Shown one piece after another: positions 1 to 6,611 of a stretch of 32,000 nt of DNA. Position 1 is the first letter of the stretch. Each line of letters begins with the position of its first letter. This stretch comes from Candidatus Nitrosopelagicus brevis (lineage in GTDB: Archaea; Thermoproteota; Nitrososphaeria; Nitrososphaerales; Nitrosopumilaceae), in NCBI RefSeq assembly GCF_000812185.1, contig NZ_CP007026.1, forward strand, positions 525,222-557,221, written 5' to 3'. Below the pieces are notes generated by a model, which was not told the origin of the DNA, did no database searches, and saw only the letters and a list, made by a program, of their open reading frames with translations. Both the position numbers and the translations under genes were made by a program.

Positions 1-525
1 TACGTTTAGTTTACTATCGTCAGTTACTCCTTGTTTGCTTTTTGCAGAATCTAACACATGATCAAATTTTTCATCATTTACTCCAAAGACGACTTTTCCA
101 AATAATTGGATGAATCTTCTATACGAGTCCCATGAGAATCTAGGATTTTTTGTTTGTACCGCAAATCCTTCTACAGTTTTTTCATTTAATCCTAAATTCA
201 AAATTGTATCCATCATTCCTGGCATAGAAATTGCAGCTCCAGAACGAACAGAAACCAATAGTGGATTTTTAGTTGAATTCCATTTCTTTCCAGTCTTTTT
301 TTCCATTTTTAGAATATTTTTCATCACTGCTGGCATGACGTCTTTTGGAAGCTTTCTTCCATTTTCATAATACTTGTTACAAACTTCTGTTGTTATCGTA
401 AATCCTGGTGGCACTGGTAATTTTAGGCGTGTCATTTCGCTCAATCCTGCACCTTTTCCTCCTAACAACATTCTCTTTTTACTATCTGCTTCTTCGAAGG
501 CGTAAACTGGCTTATTTTTTACCAT
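1..525 (-). CDS. ppdK: Pyruvate, phosphate dikinase, N-terminal 175 codons (rest lies beyond window start)
   Basis: Not in the ORF track because it runs off the edge. My reverse-strand translation from ATG 525-523 gives MVKNKPVYAFEEADSKKRMLLGGKGAGLSEMTRLKLPVPPGFTITTEVCNKYY. This matches the conserved PPDK N-terminal signature (LGGKGA.L.EM...LPVPPGFTITTE.C). Starts 15 nt after the tpiA stop. Confidence 0.8.
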   Translation of the reverse strand, partial: MVKNKPVYAFEEADSKKRMLLGGKGAGLSEMTRLKLPVPPGFTITTEVCNKYYENGRKLPKDVMPAVMKNILKMEKKTGKKWNSTKNPLLVSVRSGAAISMPGMMDTILNLGLNEKTVEGFAVQTKNPRFSWDSYRRFIQLFGKVVFGVNDEKFDHVLDSAKSKQGVTDDSKLNV

Positions 526-540
526 GAAAAATTTGTCGAT

Positions 541-1203
541 TTACTGGCTTTTTAAACCCTTACAAAATTCTGAGATAATTTTTTCCCAGTTCTTTGCTTT
601 GACAATTCCACTAGCAACTAGAATTCCTCTTGATCCTAGTTCTTTTGCTTTTGAAACATCTTGACCTGAAACAATTCCTGCACCGCATAACAATTTTGTA
701 GAATTTTTAGCAGAACTAACTGCTTTCACTGCATTTGTAATCAATGCTGGTTTTTCAGTAGAAATTGCTCTTCCTGTTCCAATTAATTCTGGAGGTTCAA
801 TTGCAATGAATGTTGGATTTAATTTTGCATATTTTTTTGCCTCATTGACATTTTTTACACATAGTACTGTCTTTAGTTTTAATTTTTTTAACCGTTTTAC
901 TAAAGAAATAATCTCTTTTTCAGAAATTCGATGCTCACTATGATTAATTATGGAGCCATTAATTTTTGATTTTTTAACAATTTCTGGAACCATGAATCCT
1001 GTTGTACTTCCAACCTTCTTGTCATCTACGTGTTGCGCTAAAACTGTAATCTTAAATTTTGTAATTAATGGAATGAGGTGGTGTGGAGGTGCAATTGCAA
1101 TTGGCACTTTATACTTTTTTGAGATTTTCTCTGAGATTTTTGCAATCTTGATAATCTTATCTCCTGCTATTTCGTCATAATTTTTACAATTTATGATAAA
1201 CAT
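541..1203 (-). CDS. tpiA: Triosephosphate isomerase (archaeal type)
   Basis: Shows IINHSEHR, IAIEPPELIGTG and LCGAGI motifs of archaeal TIM. The ORF track starts at 1236. ATG 1203 (MFIINCKNY) lies 1 nt after the upstream stop and resembles archaeal TIM N-termini, whereas a 1236 start would overlap the upstream gene by 32 nt. Confidence 0.85.
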   Translation of the reverse strand: MFIINCKNYDEIAGDKIIKIAKISEKISKKYKVPIAIAPPHHLIPLITKFKITVLAQHVDDKKVGSTTGFMVPEIVKKSKINGSIINHSEHRISEKEIISLVKRLKKLKLKTVLCVKNVNEAKKYAKLNPTFIAIEPPELIGTGRAISTEKPALITNAVKAVSSAKNSTKLLCGAGIVSGQDVSKAKELGSRGILVASGIVKAKNWEKIISEFCKGLKSQ

Positions 1204-1204
1204 T

Positions 1205-1492
1205 TTATTTCCTAATTGATTCGAAGGCTTTCTCATATTTTAGCTTCATTATGAGAACTGTCATTGTCAAAAACATGGCCGCTACATTAACACCTATTAT
1301 GTAAACATCATCAATTTCAATTCCATAAACAAGCCATAACGCAGCACCCGAAAATATTGCAATAACCAAATATTTTGAAACATCTTCAAGCTTTTTTGTT
1401 TTATAGCCTTGAATTATTTGTGGAACCCATCCTATGAGGATTAAAACTCCTGCTGCTATTGCAACTATTCCTAATGTAAATTCGTCTAACAT
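1205..1492 (-). CDS. PQ-loop / SemiSWEET-like three-helix membrane protein
   Basis: 95 aa with three hydrophobic helices. A PQ motif follows helix 1 (GWVPQIIQGYKTKK). The size matches single-repeat SemiSWEET/PQ-loop proteins. Confidence 0.65.
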   Translation of the reverse strand: MLDEFTLGIVAIAAGVLILIGWVPQIIQGYKTKKLEDVSKYLVIAIFSGAALWLVYGIEIDDVYIIGVNVAAMFLTMTVLIMKLKYEKAFESIRK

Positions 1493-1494
1493 GT

Positions 1495-4056
1495 CTAATT
1501 CCAGAAAAATTGGTCCAATCCTGTTTGTTTTGGTTTACCAAGAATAGTATCAAAATCTAGATCCATTGATGATGTAATCTGTTCCAAAGTACTTTCCATA
1601 AACTCCATGTATTTTCCAGAGTCAATTTCATCCTGTCTTGCCAATTCCACTGGTTTTACACCCGGTTTGTTGAGTATTTTAACATATGATATGATATCTC
1701 CTTTCTTTATCTCTCTAGTTGTTTCCAGTTGTTTTGCAGCTCGAATATGTTGTGGGATTGTTTTGACATATTCTGCAGGCGCTTTACTGAGTGTGACATT
1801 AAATGTTAATTCTTTCAATGGAATACTTTTTTCTTGAACTCGTTTTGCATAATCTGCAATTTTATCACTAACCTTCTTTTTTGCATTACCAAATTGTTCT
1901 TCATTTTCAACCTCTGCAAGAATGTCTAGTAGTTCATAAAATAATGTCTTGATAAACGGTGGCGTATGTGATTTTTTTCCTGTTAAGCCTTTTACGTCGA
2001 CTTTGCCCTTTTTTGTAACCCCGAAATAATTTTTTTTCCTATTACTTAATACCACATATCTGTATTCTTTGTCAATCTCTAATTCTACTCCATGATCTTT
2101 TTTTGCTAGTTTTATGACATCGTCAATTTGTTGTACAGTTGGTTTTTTTACAAAAAGTGAATCTGTGTCTCCATATAGAACCTCTAACTGTATTCCTTTA
2201 CATTTTTCAATTGTATCCATAATGATGTATCTTCCTAATGCAGTGGTTGCCTCTGCCGCTGGAAGAAAATACAATGGGAATATTTCTGCACCCATAACTC
2301 CATAGCTTGCATTGAGTATGACCTTCAAAGCTTGACTTACTACTGTATACAACTGTCTCTCTTCGTCTGTAATGTTTTCTTTTTTTGATAAACTTTTGTA
2401 ATAATTAACTCTCAAATCTCTCAATGAGCCAATAATTAATGACGTTAGCCCATTCTTTTTTGTACATCCCCAATGAGACGTTCCTGGTATTGCATTTTTT
2501 TTACATTCTTCGTGTGGGCATCTAACAGTTTCATATGATAAATTATTCACTTTAATTATGCTCGGATATAGACTTGCAAAATCCATCACTGTTACATCAA
2601 AATGAACTCCTTCAACAGGTTCTATCACAAGGCCACCACGATATTTTTTATCTTTTATCACTGCATCGTTTGCCATCCCAGCTGATTTTCCTTCAATTTC
2701 ATTTCGTCTCGGTATGAGGAAATTATTTTTTCTGTGTTCATAATATAGTAAACTACGAATCCATTGTGAAACTCCCATTCTTGAAATATCATCAATTGGC
2801 ATTCTTGCAATTCTTGTAATTACGACTAGAAGATTCATGAGTAAATCTTCATTAAAACTAGTTAGCTTGAATGTCAGATATGCATCATTTTGACAATATT
2901 TTGCAATTTGATAGTATGTCATATTGTCAATTTCTACCCCGTAATCCATTTTCTGTTCACCTAACACTCCCTTTGAAACACTATTGAGAGAAAAATCAGA
3001 ATATTTTTGAGAGAATACGTAAATTTGAAATGCTTTATTTGAAAATGTTCTGTACAAATCCAAATGAACTCCTTTTGTCAATGTTGCAGAATCTTTCATC
3101 ATGTATAATGGATTCACATCTTCTGAAATTCCTAATCTTTTTGCACGATTATACAAGTATGGTAAATCAAAACCATCTCCGTTGTATGTGATTAATACTG
3201 GATATTTTTTTACCAATCCAAATGCATCTTCAATTAGTTTTTTTTCTTGATCTTTTTCGTAAAATACCACTTGGATGTTTTTATCCAAGTCGTTTACTCC
3301 TTCTTCAATTCCATCTCTTCTTAAGACGAAAACTCTTTTCATTCCATCACTTGCTTCAAATCCTATAGCTGTTACTTTCTTATCTGCAATTTTCACATCT
3401 GGTAATCTCCTCCCATCTGTTTCTACTTCGATATCTAGACTCATTCTTCGAATTTTTGGCACAGGTTGGTTTAGAAGCTCTGCCCAGTTTGATACCTCTT
3501 CTTCAAACTGTTTTGTATCTGTCATTCCTGTATTGCCTAATTTATCAAAAAGCATGCTTTTCATTGCAAGATTTGTTTCATCAGACATCTCAAAGTCATG
3601 TGGAATTATTTTATCATTTTCAATTTTATAGTATTTTCCAATGATTAGTGAATTATCGTAAAGATAGTTTTCATAATATTTGATATCTGATTCCCATGAT
3701 TCTACCACATTTCTGATACTTTGCGTTGTCTGTGTTCCTCCTATCGCTAATGGGTCTGTCACAATAATCTTTGAAACTGGAATTTCTTTGTCTTTTAACG
3801 TATCAATTTTTTTAACTGTTTTAATTTCTATAACGTCATCTCGCTCTGATAAAAAATCTAAATCCTCGGGAGCCATTTTTGAAAAACAGTATGGTCGATG
3901 ACCTGTTTTATCTTCCCATATGTAGATTTTTTCAGACTCTGGATTGTAAAATTTGAGGCTAACTTTCTTAGTTTTTCCGATATATGCTGCAGAAATTAAA
4001 AGTGAATTTGGTATATTTGCTACTTCGTCTTGTTTAAAATCTTCAACTGCTTCCAT
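1495..4056 (-). CDS. polB: DNA polymerase, family B
   Basis: 853 aa. Carries YNGDGFDLPYL (Exo II), DFASLYPSII (motif A), KVILNASYGVMG (motif B) and YGDTDSLF (motif C). Confidence 0.95.
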   Translation of the reverse strand: MEAVEDFKQDEVANIPNSLLISAAYIGKTKKVSLKFYNPESEKIYIWEDKTGHRPYCFSKMAPEDLDFLSERDDVIEIKTVKKIDTLKDKEIPVSKIIVTDPLAIGGTQTTQSIRNVVESWESDIKYYENYLYDNSLIIGKYYKIENDKIIPHDFEMSDETNLAMKSMLFDKLGNTGMTDTKQFEEEVSNWAELLNQPVPKIRRMSLDIEVETDGRRLPDVKIADKKVTAIGFEASDGMKRVFVLRRDGIEEGVNDLDKNIQVVFYEKDQEKKLIEDAFGLVKKYPVLITYNGDGFDLPYLYNRAKRLGISEDVNPLYMMKDSATLTKGVHLDLYRTFSNKAFQIYVFSQKYSDFSLNSVSKGVLGEQKMDYGVEIDNMTYYQIAKYCQNDAYLTFKLTSFNEDLLMNLLVVITRIARMPIDDISRMGVSQWIRSLLYYEHRKNNFLIPRRNEIEGKSAGMANDAVIKDKKYRGGLVIEPVEGVHFDVTVMDFASLYPSIIKVNNLSYETVRCPHEECKKNAIPGTSHWGCTKKNGLTSLIIGSLRDLRVNYYKSLSKKENITDEERQLYTVVSQALKVILNASYGVMGAEIFPLYFLPAAEATTALGRYIIMDTIEKCKGIQLEVLYGDTDSLFVKKPTVQQIDDVIKLAKKDHGVELEIDKEYRYVVLSNRKKNYFGVTKKGKVDVKGLTGKKSHTPPFIKTLFYELLDILAEVENEEQFGNAKKKVSDKIADYAKRVQEKSIPLKELTFNVTLSKAPAEYVKTIPQHIRAAKQLETTREIKKGDIISYVKILNKPGVKPVELARQDEIDSGKYMEFMESTLEQITSSMDLDFDTILGKPKQTGLDQFFWN

Positions 4057-4058
4057 GT

Positions 4059-4577
4059 CTACTCTTTTGGGGTAATCATATTTTTAGCCCATCTCTCAAT
4101 CTTAGTTTTATCAATAATCTCAATTTCAACACCGGCTTCTTTAATTAAATTATAATCAGTTTCTGGGTATTCATCTAAGCACACAAATTTTTTAATTCCT
4201 ATTGTAATTGCCATTTTTGTGCATTCCAAACATGGAACGTATGTTGAATACAAAACTGCACCTTTTACTCCTGCCTCAATACCTAAAATTGCACAATGCA
4301 TTATGGCATTAGCCTCTGCATGATTACACAAACATCTGTCTAAACCAACACCTGATTTTGTTTTTCCATCCATTCTGTCTTTACATCTTTGGCATCCTCC
4401 TTCAAAACAATTCGTAATTCCTGGTGGGGTTCCATTATATCCTGTTGCTAGTTGTCTGTGGTCTCTAACTATGACTGCCCCTACACTTCTTGTCATACAG
4501 TTTGACCTTAATGATGCGAGTTTTGCTTGAAGCATAAAATATTCATCCCAACTCGGTCTCTCAAAATTGTCAGACAT
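4059..4577 (-). CDS. dCMP (deoxycytidylate) deaminase family zinc enzyme
   Basis: 172 aa. CNHAEANAI and PCLECTKM zinc-ligand motifs of the cytidine/dCMP deaminase fold. First gene of a tightly packed minus-strand operon. Confidence 0.85.
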   Translation of the reverse strand: MSDNFERPSWDEYFMLQAKLASLRSNCMTRSVGAVIVRDHRQLATGYNGTPPGITNCFEGGCQRCKDRMDGKTKSGVGLDRCLCNHAEANAIMHCAILGIEAGVKGAVLYSTYVPCLECTKMAITIGIKKFVCLDEYPETDYNLIKEAGVEIEIIDKTKIERWAKNMITPKE

Positions 4578-4598
4578 GAAAATTATTTAATTTGCCAA

Positions 4599-4606
4599 CA
4601 TATAAC
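4599..4606 (-). promoter_or_regulatory. TATA-like box (GTTATATG on minus strand), 29 nt upstream of ATG 4577
   Basis: Same sequence class and spacing as other promoters in this window. Confidence 0.5.
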
Positions 4607-4636
4607 CTCTAAGTGACTTTTAATCAATTGTAAACC

Positions 4637-4644
4637 CTATATGA
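4637..4644 (+). promoter_or_regulatory. TATA-like box CTATATGA, 30 nt upstream of ATG 4667
   Basis: Position and AT-rich TATA-like sequence in the divergent intergenic region. Confidence 0.5.
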
Positions 4645-4666
4645 TATGTAAAACTGATCCCAACTT

Positions 4667-6169
4667 ATGGAGTCAGGTTACTATGAGCACAAACTGATTA
4701 AACCTAATTCTATAGAATTACGTGATTATCAGGTTAATCTTGCAAATGAAGCAAAAAATGAAAACTCTCTAGTTGTTTTACCAACTGGTTTGGGAAAAAC
4801 AACCATTGCTCTACAGATTATGGCACATGTCTTATCTCAAAACAAAGGTGGTGTCTTACTTTTGGCTCCAACTCGTGTACTTGTTAACCAACACTTTGAC
4901 TTCCTTAAAGAAAATCTTCTCTTAGACGATATTGGAATTGTAACTGGTGAGGATTTGATAAACAAGCGTAAAAAATCATGGATGAACAGTGTGGTATGCG
5001 CAACTCCGGAAATCACTCGAAATGATCTAGAGCGAAATATGATTGACATTGATCAGTTTAGTCTTGTAATCTTTGATGAGGCTCATAGGGCTGTAGGTGA
5101 TTATGCATATACTGGAATTGCAAGACATTTCAAAGAAAAATCTCTCATACTGGGAATGACTGCTACTCTTCCTAGTGAAAAGGTCAAAGCTACTGAGATA
5201 ATTGTTTCTTTAGGAATTCAAAATATACTACAAAGAAGTGACGAAAGTTCTGACGTTCAACCATACATTCAAAAAACAAATACTGAATGGATTATGGTTG
5301 ATCTTCCACCTGAAATGAAAGCAATTCAAAAATGTCTTCAGATTGCATTAGATGACCGTTACACAACTTTACGAAAAAATGGAATTCAGATTGGACAGAA
5401 TAAATCTCTGTCAACATTACTTAGAATTCGTCAATATGTACTAACACAAAATCGTATTTCTGCTAAACCCTTATTCACTGCAATTAGAATTACATACGCA
5501 TTAAACATTTTTGAGGCACATGGAATTACCTCTTTTCTAAAATTTTGTGATAGAACTAAAGCAAAAAAAGGTGTAGGGATTAAAGAGCTTTTTGAAAAAG
5601 ATCCTAACTTCATGCGTGCTATTGAACTAGCTAATTTTGCAAAAACTCAGGGAATAGAACATTCAAAACTACCGGAATTACAAAAAATCATTTCCTCAGT
5701 GAACGATAAGGTTTTGATTTTCACAAGTTATAGAGATTCTGTAAATGTCATAAATGATACATTACAAAAAATGGGAATCAACTCTGAAATTTTAATTGGA
5801 AAAGCAGGTGAAACTGGATTAAAACAACAAAAACAAATTGAAACTGTTCAGAGGTTTAGAGATGGATTGACCAAAGTTCTCGTTGCAACACGTGTAGGTG
5901 AAGAAGGATTGGACATCTCTGAGGTTAATTTAGTAATATTTTATGATAATGTGCCAAGTTCTATTCGATTCGTTCAAAGAAAAGGTAGGACCGGAAGAAA
6001 GGCGCAGGGTCGTTTAGTTGTATTAATTGCAAAGGATACAATTGATCAAGTGTATTATCATATTGGTCAAAGAAAAATCAAATCTGCAAAACTGATGGGT
6101 GATAAATTATCCAAAAAACTTGAAAATAATGATTTGTCTTCTACAGAATCTTTGGACAGTTTTCTTTAA
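4667..6169 (+). CDS. Hef/FANCM-type superfamily-2 helicase (helicase-only, no nuclease domain)
   Basis: Carries LPTGLGKT (Walker A), FDEAHRAVGDYAY (DEAH box), GMTATL (motif III) and VQRKGRTGR (motif VI). The insertion domain between the two RecA lobes is typical of Hef/MPH1-like helicases. Confidence 0.8.
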   Translation: MESGYYEHKLIKPNSIELRDYQVNLANEAKNENSLVVLPTGLGKTTIALQIMAHVLSQNKGGVLLLAPTRVLVNQHFDFLKENLLLDDIGIVTGEDLINKRKKSWMNSVVCATPEITRNDLERNMIDIDQFSLVIFDEAHRAVGDYAYTGIARHFKEKSLILGMTATLPSEKVKATEIIVSLGIQNILQRSDESSDVQPYIQKTNTEWIMVDLPPEMKAIQKCLQIALDDRYTTLRKNGIQIGQNKSLSTLLRIRQYVLTQNRISAKPLFTAIRITYALNIFEAHGITSFLKFCDRTKAKKGVGIKELFEKDPNFMRAIELANFAKTQGIEHSKLPELQKIISSVNDKVLIFTSYRDSVNVINDTLQKMGINSEILIGKAGETGLKQQKQIETVQRFRDGLTKVLVATRVGEEGLDISEVNLVIFYDNVPSSIRFVQRKGRTGRKAQGRLVVLIAKDTIDQVYYHIGQRKIKSAKLMGDKLSKKLENNDLSSTESLDSFL

Positions 6170-6513
6170 GGGTCGCTCTTTTTATCATCGTCTGGACTTT
6201 TTTTATCTCCGCCTGGCCCTAGCATTTCTTCTGGTTTCACGTCATTATCCCATGTGCCTCTAATTCCTTTTAGTAGTGCAAGCCCTCCTGCGGCTAAAAT
6301 ACCAATTACTCCTGCAAACATCAAATTCCTATTCTGCAGCTGTTCTTCACAATCAATTTTTACTTCAACATTTTCATCTGTATAGTCATAACATTCTGAA
6401 AATTCTTTTGTTTGAACTGTGATATCTTGATACTGAGATCCAAAAACTGCCATTACAATAAATCCTACTGATAATACGCCTACGCCGATCATAACAAAAC
6501 GTATGTCACTCAT
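6166..6513 (-). CDS. Hypothetical two-TM membrane protein with Cys-containing loop and acidic/basic tail
   Basis: Hydrophobic helices VMIGVGVLSVGFIVMAVF and MFAGVIGILAAGGLALL. The ORF track starts at 6561. ATG 6513 (MSDIRF) has a TATA-like box 30 nt upstream, while the 6561 start has none. Confidence 0.6.
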   Translation of the reverse strand: MSDIRFVMIGVGVLSVGFIVMAVFGSQYQDITVQTKEFSECYDYTDENVEVKIDCEEQLQNRNLMFAGVIGILAAGGLALLKGIRGTWDNDVKPEEMLGPGGDKKSPDDDKKSDP

Positions 6514-6535
6514 TGTAAAATCTAAACATAAACAA

Positions 6536-6543
6536 TATTTTAA
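6536..6543 (-). promoter_or_regulatory. TATA-like box (TTAAAATA on minus strand), 30 nt upstream of ATG 6513
   Basis: Spacing matches the other promoters in the window. Confidence 0.45.
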
Positions 6544-6581
6544 GGAATTTGTAATTTCCACTATAATTTTCTAGAAAAAGC

Positions 6582-6589
6582 GTATATTG
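6582..6589 (+). promoter_or_regulatory. TATA-like box GTATATTG, 30 nt upstream of ATG 6612
   Basis: Position and sequence. Confidence 0.5.
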
Positions 6590-6611
6590 CACTTGACGAG
6601 TATTACTACAA

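Noticed and set aside
110-370. 86-aa plus-strand ORF at the window start
   Set aside because: It is antisense to the PPDK N-terminal coding region, which has a clear conserved signature.
1607-3901. Five plus-strand ORFs (62-118 aa) inside the polB region
   Set aside because: They are antisense to a high-confidence PolB CDS. S/F/L/I-rich composition is typical of antisense frames in AT-rich genomes.
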